From Bacillota bacterium (GTDB lineage: Bacteria > Bacillota > Clostridia > Saccharofermentanales > DTU023): DNA of 64,000 nt. The notes under the pieces were generated by a model. The model saw only the letters and a program-made list of their open reading frames with translations, ran no database searches and had not been told where the DNA came from. Positions 31,420 to 39,852 of the stretch are shown here, in pieces. The translations under genes were made by a program, and so were the position numbers. The DNA lies in the NCBI GenBank assembly GCA_023389255.1, contig JAEWER010000037.1:1833-65832 (forward strand). Reading direction: 5' to 3'. Within the stretch, counting starts at the first letter, position 1, and each line of letters opens with the position of its first letter.

Positions 31420-31604
31420 ACTATCTCCCGGCTTTGCTGCGCTCTATGCGTTCAGATCTTGTTGAACTAATTCCCTCCGAGTTACCCGCTTCCTTTGCAG
31501 CAAGTAGGCGGCAATCTCGAATTCGTGTTGTGAACATCACAAAACGGCCTTGTTTCAGACCTTTTGCGTCTTTGCGTAGCACGCATACGAACACAACTTG
31601 AAAA

Positions 31605-31633
31605 AGTATACTCTAAAAGCAAGAGCTATGCAA
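31605..31633 (-). promoter_or_regulatory. S10-operon promoter (sigma-70/sigma-A type)
   Basis: Minus strand reads TTGCAT (31633..31628), a 17-nt spacer, then TATACT (31610..31605). This predicts a leader of about 255-270 nt. Confidence 0.7.
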
Positions 31634-31686
31634 GCCTTTTTCTACCAAATTCAGGATATTTTCAGCAATGAATTTAGTTGTATTAA

Positions 31687-32352
31687 TTACTCTGATTTTA
31701 TTACTTGCAAGACACGATACCCTGCAGATTTATCTATTACAACACACTCGCCCGCAAGATTTTTCAAATATTGTTGCAGTGACTTAGCTCCCTGTTTGTT
31801 TTGTACCACTACCCACAATTCTCCATCCAGAGCCAATGCCTCGTAACTTTCTTTTAGTAAGCGATTAACCGTAGCCTTACCCGCCCTGAATGGTGGATTA
31901 GTTGCAATTAAGTGATAGGGAGCATACTCATGTGGTACGCCATCAACAGCTAGCACTTGATGGGGCAGATTTAGATTACGCAAATTATTTTTGGCTAGTT
32001 GAACAGCACGTTCGTTTATATCGCTAGCAAACAGTTCCCAGTTAGGCGTATCTTCATTTTGGCTTTGTTGCAGAATCTGAGATAGTACTAGACTCACAAC
32101 TCCGTTGCCGCAACCGAGATCCAGCACCTTGCATACGTCTACTCCACGAGTTTGTAACAAGGGCAATAAATCATTTTTGTTTTTCAAGTAAGTGCCCAAA
32201 GCTTTGAGCATCAACTCGGTGCCATAATCTAGGCGATCACGACAGAAAGTGCCACTGTCAGTGAGTAAACTAAATTCATATCCAAGCAGAGCAAAGCGGA
32301 TTTGCTTATACTCATGTGGCAAATCCGCTCTACTGTGAAAATAATGATCCAT
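31687..32352 (-). CDS. Class I SAM-dependent (RsmC/YbxB-like) methyltransferase
   Basis: SAM motif VLDLGCGNGVVS and the N-methyltransferase motif NPPFRAG. The family-typical start MDHYF is at the ATG at 32352; the longer track ORF overlaps ileS. Confidence 0.8.
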   Translation of the reverse strand: MDHYFHSRADLPHEYKQIRFALLGYEFSLLTDSGTFCRDRLDYGTELMLKALGTYLKNKNDLLPLLQTRGVDVCKVLDLGCGNGVVSLVLSQILQQSQNEDTPNWELFASDINERAVQLAKNNLRNLNLPHQVLAVDGVPHEYAPYHLIATNPPFRAGKATVNRLLKESYEALALDGELWVVVQNKQGAKSLQQYLKNLAGECVVIDKSAGYRVLQVIKSE

Positions 32353-32383
32353 GCTTCTATCTATATCTTCAGGTAATCTTCTA

Positions 32384-35300
32384 TTAGCGCACAACTTCAA
32401 CGGCAATTTTTAGCTCTTGCTCGTTAATTTTAATCAGTTGTGCTTTAGCGCTTTCAGCATTTACTAGCTCGTCTGCTAATACTTCAGCTTTAATCTGTTC
32501 TGCGTGTTGCTTGATGATAGTTTCTAACTCACCAGCGGTTTGGTAGCTGATCTTAATGTGATCTGTTACCTCAAAACCACTATCTTTACGCAAATTCTGA
32601 ATTTTCGATACCAACTCTCGCACCTGACCTTCTGCAATCAATTCAGGCGTTAAGTTAGTATCTAAAGCTACTACCATGCCTTTATCTTCAGCACTGGCTA
32701 GACCGTCAGCTTTAACACTTTCAACCAACAACTCTTCGGCAGTCAGTTTTTCTTCTGTACCATCAACTACAACAGTTAAGTAACCAGTCTCTTTTAATTC
32801 GCGCATCTTAGCTTGTCCATCTAGACCAGCCAAAGCCTGCTGCAATGCGGGTAGACGTTTGCCAAATTTACGACCTAGCAGTTTGAGTTGAGGTTTGAAA
32901 CGATAGTCTTGCAGACTTGTACCATCGTTAGCTACCACGAATTCTTTGACATTTAGTTCATCTAAAACTAACTCAATATATTCAGGGCTTAGGGTTCTCT
33001 CTCCCACGTAAAACAATTTAGCTAAAGGTTGACGTGTTTTTCTACCTGAATTGGCGCGAGCCGCTCTGCCTAAAGTGACAATATCAAGCACTAATGACAT
33101 CTGCTCTTCCAGCTCTTGATCAACCATGCTTTCATCTGCACTTGGGTAATCAGCTAAATGCACACTGATGGGAGCATCAGGCTCATTGATACGCACTAGG
33201 TTCTGATAGATATCCTCAGTTATAAACGGCGTAAACGGAGCTGCTAACAGTAACACATTCTTTAACACTGTATAGAGTGTTAAGTAGGCATTGATCTTAT
33301 CTTGTTCCATGCCGTTAGCCCAGTAACGCTCACGTCCACGACGCACATACCAGTTGGATACCTCTTCGATAAAATCTTGCAGAGTTTTAGCGGCATTGGT
33401 GATGTCGTAGTTTTGCAGATAGGTATCCACTTGCTTAATCGTAGAATTCATTCGGCTTAAAACCCAACGATCTAAAACTGACAAAGATGCCTTATCTAGT
33501 TGATAATCACAGGCTCTAAATTCATCGATATCGGCATATAGTACGAAAAAAGCATACGTATTTTTCAGGGTGCTCAAGAATTTGCGTTTGCCCTCATTAA
33601 CCGCTGCAATCGAGAAGCGAGCAGGTAGCCACGGTTGACTGTTAGTGTAGAAATACCAGCGTACAGCATCTGCACCCTCGCTATCTAAAACATCCCAAGG
33701 ATTGACTACGTTGCCCTTGTGCTTAGACATTTTGATGCCGTCTTCGTCTAATACCAAGCCCAGAACCAAACAATTTTCAAAGCTGGTGTTGTCAAAGAGC
33801 AAGGTAGCGATAGCTAATTGGGTGTAGAACCAACCACGTGTTTGGTCCATACCCTCTGAGATAAACTGAGCCGGGAAATGACGTTCAAATTTATCTTTGT
33901 TCTCAAACGGATAATGCCATTGAGCAAAAGGCATTGAACCTGAATCAAACCAGCAGTCGATAACCTCTGGCACACGTTGCATATGTTTACCGCACTTAGG
34001 ACATCTGACTTTCACTTCGTCGATGTACGGTTTATGTAATTCAATATTTTCAGGACAATCATCTGCCATCTCACGCAATTCTGCTATTGAACCGATGCAA
34101 TGTTCATGGCCACATTCACATTGCCAGATCGGCAATGGTGTACCCCAGTAGCGTTCACGTGACAGACCCCAATCCACTACATTCTCAATAAAATTACCGA
34201 AACGACCAGTACCGATTGTGGCAGGTAACCAATTGATCTTTTTATTATTGGCTACCAAACGATCCTTAACCTTAGTCATCTCAATAAACCAGGAATGACG
34301 TGCGTAGTAAATTAGCGGAGTATCACAACGCCAACAGAACGGATAGCTATGCTCATAAGCTTTTTCTTTCAGCAATAAACCTTTGTGTTGTAACTCATGA
34401 ATAATGATGGGATCTGCTTCTTTACAGAAGACACCAGGAGCACATTTTACTTCTTGCGGCAAGGTACCATCAGCTTGAACTAGTTGCACAAAGGGCAAAT
34501 TGTAATTACGACCGATACGACCATCGTCTTCACCAAACGCAGGTGCAATATGAACAATACCTGTACCATCAGTCAAGGTTACATATTCATCACAGGTGAT
34601 AAAGAAAGCTTGTTTTTTGCTCTTATTAACTGTTTCTAATGCATAATCAAAAAGTGGCTCATACGCTCTATGCTCTAAATCTTTACCCTTGCAAACCTCT
34701 AAGATAGCTACATCTTCACCAAACACTTCTTCTACTAAAGCTTTGGCTAGGTAGTAGCGATCTTCTCCCACTTGTACCAGTGCATAGTCTTCATTGGGAT
34801 TAACACACAGAGCCACATTAGAAGGCAAAGTCCAGGGCGTAGTTGTCCAAGCAGCAAAATAGGTGTTCGCTTGACTCGGATCACGGAAACGCACGTAAAT
34901 TGAAGTTTCCTTAACATCCTTATATCCCTGCGCTACTTCATGGCTGGACAAAGCAGTACCACAGCGTGGACAGTACGGCAGAATTTTATGACCTTGGTAG
35001 AGCAAACCTTTTTCCCAAATCTGTTTCAGTGCCCACCATTCAGATTCTATATATTCGTTATCGTAAGTGACGTAGGGATGCTCCGTGTCCACCCAAAAGC
35101 CGACACGCTCTGACATCTCTTCCCACTCTTTTTTGTACTTCCAGACGCTTTGTTTACATTCAGAGATAAAGGGTTCGATACCGTAATTCTCGATTTGATC
35201 TTTACCGTTAATGCCCAGTAATTTTTCTACTTCCAATTCAACCGGCAAACCGTGCGTATCCCAGCCTGCTTTACGCAAAACATCGTAACCTTTCATGCTA

Positions 35301-35515
35301 CGGTAGCGCGGAATAATATCTTTGATTACACGAGTTAAAATATGACCGATATGAGGTTTGCCATTCGCTGTGGGCGGACCATCATAAAAAGTGTATGGTT
35401 CTTTACCTGCACGCTGAGCAACTGATTTTTCAAACACTTGTTGCTCACGCCAAAAATCTAAAACCGCTAGTTCTCGCTCTCTTAAATCTAGAGAATTATC
35501 TACTTTTTTATACAT
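32384..35515 (-). CDS. ileS: Isoleucine--tRNA ligase, long (type 2-like) form
   Basis: HIGH motif PPTANGKPHIGH, KMSKS motif KMSKHKGN, 1,043 aa. Confidence 0.96.
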   Translation of the reverse strand: MYKKVDNSLDLRERELAVLDFWREQQVFEKSVAQRAGKEPYTFYDGPPTANGKPHIGHILTRVIKDIIPRYRSMKGYDVLRKAGWDTHGLPVELEVEKLLGINGKDQIENYGIEPFISECKQSVWKYKKEWEEMSERVGFWVDTEHPYVTYDNEYIESEWWALKQIWEKGLLYQGHKILPYCPRCGTALSSHEVAQGYKDVKETSIYVRFRDPSQANTYFAAWTTTPWTLPSNVALCVNPNEDYALVQVGEDRYYLAKALVEEVFGEDVAILEVCKGKDLEHRAYEPLFDYALETVNKSKKQAFFITCDEYVTLTDGTGIVHIAPAFGEDDGRIGRNYNLPFVQLVQADGTLPQEVKCAPGVFCKEADPIIIHELQHKGLLLKEKAYEHSYPFCWRCDTPLIYYARHSWFIEMTKVKDRLVANNKKINWLPATIGTGRFGNFIENVVDWGLSRERYWGTPLPIWQCECGHEHCIGSIAELREMADDCPENIELHKPYIDEVKVRCPKCGKHMQRVPEVIDCWFDSGSMPFAQWHYPFENKDKFERHFPAQFISEGMDQTRGWFYTQLAIATLLFDNTSFENCLVLGLVLDEDGIKMSKHKGNVVNPWDVLDSEGADAVRWYFYTNSQPWLPARFSIAAVNEGKRKFLSTLKNTYAFFVLYADIDEFRACDYQLDKASLSVLDRWVLSRMNSTIKQVDTYLQNYDITNAAKTLQDFIEEVSNWYVRRGRERYWANGMEQDKINAYLTLYTVLKNVLLLAAPFTPFITEDIYQNLVRINEPDAPISVHLADYPSADESMVDQELEEQMSLVLDIVTLGRAARANSGRKTRQPLAKLFYVGERTLSPEYIELVLDELNVKEFVVANDGTSLQDYRFKPQLKLLGRKFGKRLPALQQALAGLDGQAKMRELKETGYLTVVVDGTEEKLTAEELLVESVKADGLASAEDKGMVVALDTNLTPELIAEGQVRELVSKIQNLRKDSGFEVTDHIKISYQTAGELETIIKQHAEQIKAEVLADELVNAESAKAQLIKINEQELKIAVEVVR

Positions 35516-35533
35516 CGTCTATCCTCTCGTGTA

Positions 35534-35557
35534 GAAAAAAAGCGCATTACTGCGCTT
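35534..35557 (-). terminator. Intrinsic terminator between the acyl-CoA ligase gene and ileS
   Basis: AAGCGCA-GTAA-TGCGCTT followed by T7 on the minus strand. The T-tract ends only about 19 nt before the ileS ATG. Confidence 0.7.
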
Positions 35558-35601
35558 GAAAATCAAAACTCTTTTCAGTATATGGTCGTAAATATATAGT
35601 G

Positions 35602-37440
35602 TCAATCTACACACTCGCCATCTGCCGTAATAGCTGTTTTACCACGCTCTTTAAGCAGAGCATGTATTTTATCGAGCTCGGCTTGACGCTTGATTTTGAG
35701 TGTAGTTGTAGAGATAAAGTCTCCTGTTTTCCAAATCAGATAGCGCACTTTTTTGTAGACTGGCATCTGCTCATTGATCGCTTCAATCTGCTGGCGAACT
35801 TCTGGTATAAATTCAGCTGGCGTTGTACCATCCGGCAAATGATCTACATCAATTTTTAGTAAGGCACAGATGTCGATATTGCCACGGTTATTTTCTTCTC
35901 CAAACACAATAGACTGACTCACACCAGTTATTTGATTGATTAAGTATTCAATCTCTTCAGGGAAGACTTTTTTGCCATTGGTCAATACAATCATGGATTT
36001 GCTTCTGCCTGTTATATGCAAGCAATCATTCTTATCAAAGTAACCAATATCTCCCGTGTAGAACCAGCCATCCTCTGTCATAACTTCTGCTGTAGCAACA
36101 CTATTTTGATAGTAGCCATTCATCAGCGAAGGAGTTTTAACCACTATTTCACCCGGTTGCTCTGGCTCCAAAATAGCACCGCTCTCTATGTCTTCAATCT
36201 TGATCGAGATACCAGGTAAAGGATTACCTACAGAACCAGGTTTCTGACATTTATCGTTACAGCCACAAATCAATGGTGCTGTTTCAGTCAAGCCATAGCC
36301 CATGTAACAATTGATGCCGATGTCTAAAAAGAATTGATTGATCTGAGCATCTAGAGCAGACGCTCCTACAAAGTTATAGCGCAACTCACCTCCCAATTGT
36401 TCGTGAATTGCTTTGAATACTTTTCTTCTCAGATCAATACCCAACTTGCGCAGAAAACGTGTTAATTTAATGGCTTTAGCCAAGCTCTTTTCTTTGCCTT
36501 GAGCTTTCACCTTGTGCATGATTTGTTTGTAAATATTCTCCATAAGCAGAGGAACAGCCAGCAAGACACTGATTTGCCAATCTTTGAGATTGTAGGCGAT
36601 GTAGCGCAAACCATCGTTAATACAAACACAAGCACCCGATGCCCAAATTGCGTACATTCCTAGAGAGCTTTCGAAGATATGATGCAAGGGCAACACAGAT
36701 AAAGATTTATCGGTACATTTAATATCAACGGTCTGCAAGGTCATCGTCACATCTTCAACGATGGCTCGCTGGGAGAGCATGACGCCTTTTGCCATCGTGG
36801 TTGTACCAGAGGTAAAAGATAAAACTGACATCGCTTCACGATCAATCTCTTGTCTTAAATAGATATCGTTACCTTGTGCTAGCTCTGCTCTACCTAAAGC
36901 CATAAGTTCTTCAAGCGAGAAAAAACGTTCATCTACTTGTTTTAACTCTTCTGCTACTTCCAGCGAGTTCATGATTACAATCGCTTTAAGTGGAAGATTT
37001 TCTTGCACTAGGCTCAAGGCTAATTCTTTGAGCTTGTAATCGACAAACATCACTTCTACTAAGCCACGCTGACATAAGTTGATAACTTCTGGAATAGCTA
37101 GTTGCTTGTCCATCGGTACACTGATACCAGCGCCAAGAACCGCTGCATTATGGGCTAAAACCCAAGCGTACGAGTTTTCTCCAATAACTCCAATATGAGT
37201 GCGTTCATTGTGCACAGCTGTTTGTTTCAGCCACCCTTTAGCATAAAGACCCGTTCCTAATTGATTGATCTCACTTTGTAAGTCTTGGTATGTCTTAGTT
37301 ACTGGGAGTTGCTTAGGCTTTAAGCGGTATTGATATGCTATGCGATCGCCATGTAATTCACAGGTTCTAGCTAGCATTTGGCGTATATCATTGTAGTGTT
37401 CTCGCTCATATAAAGCTTTAGCTTGGTAAATATTTGCCAT
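35602..37440 (-). CDS. AMP-dependent synthetase/ligase (long-chain fatty-acid--CoA ligase-like)
   Basis: AMP-binding signature LSFTSGTTTMAKGV. ATG at 37440 is preceded by AGGAGA. Confidence 0.85.
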   Translation of the reverse strand: MANIYQAKALYEREHYNDIRQMLARTCELHGDRIAYQYRLKPKQLPVTKTYQDLQSEINQLGTGLYAKGWLKQTAVHNERTHIGVIGENSYAWVLAHNAAVLGAGISVPMDKQLAIPEVINLCQRGLVEVMFVDYKLKELALSLVQENLPLKAIVIMNSLEVAEELKQVDERFFSLEELMALGRAELAQGNDIYLRQEIDREAMSVLSFTSGTTTMAKGVMLSQRAIVEDVTMTLQTVDIKCTDKSLSVLPLHHIFESSLGMYAIWASGACVCINDGLRYIAYNLKDWQISVLLAVPLLMENIYKQIMHKVKAQGKEKSLAKAIKLTRFLRKLGIDLRRKVFKAIHEQLGGELRYNFVGASALDAQINQFFLDIGINCYMGYGLTETAPLICGCNDKCQKPGSVGNPLPGISIKIEDIESGAILEPEQPGEIVVKTPSLMNGYYQNSVATAEVMTEDGWFYTGDIGYFDKNDCLHITGRSKSMIVLTNGKKVFPEEIEYLINQITGVSQSIVFGEENNRGNIDICALLKIDVDHLPDGTTPAEFIPEVRQQIEAINEQMPVYKKVRYLIWKTGDFISTTTLKIKRQAELDKIHALLKERGKTAITADGECVD

Positions 37441-37499
37441 AAGTTCTCCTAGCTCAATGTTCCCTTTCAGTTTAATAAGACAGAATTGTGAACTCAAGA

Positions 37500-38996
37500 T
37501 TATTGGTTACCAGACACGAAGAAATCAGTTAAGAAAGCAATTTTCCTAGCAATTATTTCATCTATACGATTAGTATAATCACGTATGTCCTTGGGGTTGA
37601 TCGAGCGCTCCACTCGCTCACCACTCACTAATTTGCTGGAAGCTCCACTCCCCACCCCGATCACCGTACGGCGATCCGACATCATGCCTACGTTGTATAG
37701 GCAGGCGTGCCCAGCTTTAGCGAACCCCGTATTCTCTAAGCCTGCACGAACGTTTTTCTGTCTATACATGTAGTAAGGTGCATAGCCATGCCTTTTGAGC
37801 AAAGCAATGGCAGAGGCCATAGCCTTTGCCATCTCTTGTTCGGGGAAGCGGATGCTTTGGAAATCTTCAGCACTACGCAACTTGAAATAAGCGCCACGCT
37901 TCAGTGAGAGTGTATGTACAGTTATGCTTTCAGGAGCGAGATCCAGTAATTGATTTAGGGAGTCAGCAAACATATTTTTACTCTCACCTGGTAACCCCAA
38001 AATTAAATCCATGTTGATATGTCTATAACCCAGTTCCCGTGCAAGCGTAAAACAATGTAGAGCCTCTTCTACACTATGATCTCTACCAATTCTTGCCAAA
38101 GTAAGATTGTGCATTGTCTGTGGATTAATGCAGATACGTGCCTCGGGCATCACAGCTTTAATCGCTTGTAATTTGCTTTTACTAATTGAATCGGGTCTCC
38201 CTGCTTCTACCGTCATTTCAGCATCAGCAAGCATGGGTAAAGTTTGGGCAATTTTGCTGATCAAAGGATTAAAAAGATCTTCACTGGGGCTAGTCGGTGT
38301 ACCACCACCCATGTAAAACGCACTGAGATCTAATCGCTGGCTCCTAAGAAAATCACAGACAGCCTCAAGCTCTTTGATCACTGCGTCCAAATAAGGAGCT
38401 AGATTTTGCTCTTGTTTCTCCGCATCAACACAAATAAAACTGCAATAGGCACAGCGACTATTACAGAAAGGTATGCCTAAATATAGCAAAGGATTATTCT
38501 CTGGCAAGCGAGCTAAGCTCTCAGCTTCTGCTTCTGCTACTTCCAGCGCCAGCTCCGCTTTATCTTCTGCTACATACCAATGCTTGTGGAGGTAATCTTT
38601 AGCTTCTTGCCAATCACCTGCCGTTCGCTGTAGCTCTCTGGCCGCTACTAAACTGGGGCGAATGCCCGTCAGTGATCCCCAGGGGAAAGCAATACCTGTG
38701 TAAGCAGAAAAAATAGCGTATGCTTGTCGCTTTAATTCACGTCTCAGCAATTTACCTGAAACTTCTGCACTTTGTGGATAAAGCTTTTCACCATTTAGCT
38801 CCAAGTAACTTTGTACTTGATAAAAGGTGCTTTCAGCTAATAAATCAATTTCTTGCCACGGCATATCTACACTAGAAACTAAAAAACAATCTTCTGCTTC
38901 ATAAGCTCTAGCATTCTGATCAAAAAACAAACGATATACTTCGTTGAGCAAAACTGTATCTGAGTAGTTGTATAACTTAACCGTTGGAATCTGCAT
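37500..38996 (-). CDS. Radical SAM protein, HemZ/HemN-like (oxygen-independent coproporphyrinogen dehydrogenase family)
   Basis: CxxxCxxC cluster motif GIPFCNSRCAYCSF. ATG at 38996 (MQIPTV...) lies 5 nt after AGGTGG. Confidence 0.8.
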   Translation of the reverse strand: MQIPTVKLYNYSDTVLLNEVYRLFFDQNARAYEAEDCFLVSSVDMPWQEIDLLAESTFYQVQSYLELNGEKLYPQSAEVSGKLLRRELKRQAYAIFSAYTGIAFPWGSLTGIRPSLVAARELQRTAGDWQEAKDYLHKHWYVAEDKAELALEVAEAEAESLARLPENNPLLYLGIPFCNSRCAYCSFICVDAEKQEQNLAPYLDAVIKELEAVCDFLRSQRLDLSAFYMGGGTPTSPSEDLFNPLISKIAQTLPMLADAEMTVEAGRPDSISKSKLQAIKAVMPEARICINPQTMHNLTLARIGRDHSVEEALHCFTLARELGYRHINMDLILGLPGESKNMFADSLNQLLDLAPESITVHTLSLKRGAYFKLRSAEDFQSIRFPEQEMAKAMASAIALLKRHGYAPYYMYRQKNVRAGLENTGFAKAGHACLYNVGMMSDRRTVIGVGSGASSKLVSGERVERSINPKDIRDYTNRIDEIIARKIAFLTDFFVSGNQ

Positions 38997-38998
38997 TT

Positions 38999-39754
38999 CT
39001 ACCACCTAAACAAATAGCCAATCAAGTATAACGCAAGCAATAGCAATGGCTGATGAATCAGATAAATAGGTAGCGCATGTTTGCCCATCCAGGCTAAGAG
39101 TGAACGCCGTAAAAATGGGTATTTCATTTGTAAAGTATGATCTAAGCTTGCAAGCTTCTCTCTGTAACACTTGGCGCTCCAGACACCAAGACAAAACCAG
39201 CCAGCCCAGGGAAACAACGGCAAGTAATCTCCCATATTAGGAGCATTCGCTACACCCATGCCCAGAGGCAAGAGCCAACCAGGCAACTGATCTGCGCCTA
39301 ACCATGACAAGGAATATCTGTTGAGACAGAAACAAAATAAAGCGATCAATAACCATACCTTAGCTGTTAGATGTTGTCTAAAAAAGGCATAAAACAAACT
39401 ACAGACAGCGAGCAAGTGTAAGACTTGAAATATCATTACATATCCAGCGCCTAGGTAATGTTCTATACCTAGCGATACTACTGTAATCAACACAGCGACC
39501 AAACTCAAACGCAAACATCGCTTGAACGGTCTTTTACTCAGGCTACAACTGAATCCTGCCAAACCGACAAAACTAGCAATAATAAATGGATGAATTGTTA
39601 GCTGAAACCAATCGGCTTCTATAAAGATGCCCCAAGGCTTCTGCCAGATGTGAATCAGATCAAAACAGGTATGGTGTACTAACATACCCAAAATAGCTAA
39701 TCCACGCCACCAATCAATTATAAATATACGTTTTGTAAGACGTTTAGCCTGCAC
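38999..39754 (-). CDS. DUF1624/heparan-alpha-glucosaminide N-acetyltransferase-like membrane protein
   Basis: IDWWRGLAILGMLVHH and multiple TM helices. I favour the GTG start at 39754 (SD AGGTGG) because the longer ORF (to 39811) contains the ppdK terminator hairpin. Confidence 0.6.
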   Translation of the reverse strand: MQAKRLTKRIFIIDWWRGLAILGMLVHHTCFDLIHIWQKPWGIFIEADWFQLTIHPFIIASFVGLAGFSCSLSKRPFKRCLRLSLVAVLITVVSLGIEHYLGAGYVMIFQVLHLLAVCSLFYAFFRQHLTAKVWLLIALFCFCLNRYSLSWLGADQLPGWLLPLGMGVANAPNMGDYLPLFPWAGWFCLGVWSAKCYREKLASLDHTLQMKYPFLRRSLLAWMGKHALPIYLIHQPLLLLALYLIGYLFRW

Positions 39755-39776
39755 AACTTCCCACCTATTATTAAAA

Positions 39777-39805
39777 TGCGAAAAGGCATGGAAGCCATGC
39801 CTTTT
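39777..39805 (-). terminator. Intrinsic terminator of ppdK
   Basis: AAAAGGCATGG-CTT-CCATGCCTTTT then CGCATTTTAA on the minus strand, 48 nt after the ppdK stop. Confidence 0.65.
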
Positions 39806-39852
39806 CATCATACATACAACAGCTTAGCTAAACTAGCTCTGCTAGTTAAAAG

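Noticed and set aside
31598-31846. 82-aa plus-strand ORF spanning the S10 promoter region and the methyltransferase 3' end
   Set aside because: It overlaps the S10 promoter and runs antisense to a well-supported methyltransferase gene. It has no SD.
39755-39811. ATG-ATG start of the DUF1624-like ORF at 39811
   Set aside because: The first 19 codons consist largely of the ppdK terminator hairpin (39781..39805). A GTG with an AGGTGG SD at 39754 gives a family-typical N-terminus. The start remains uncertain.
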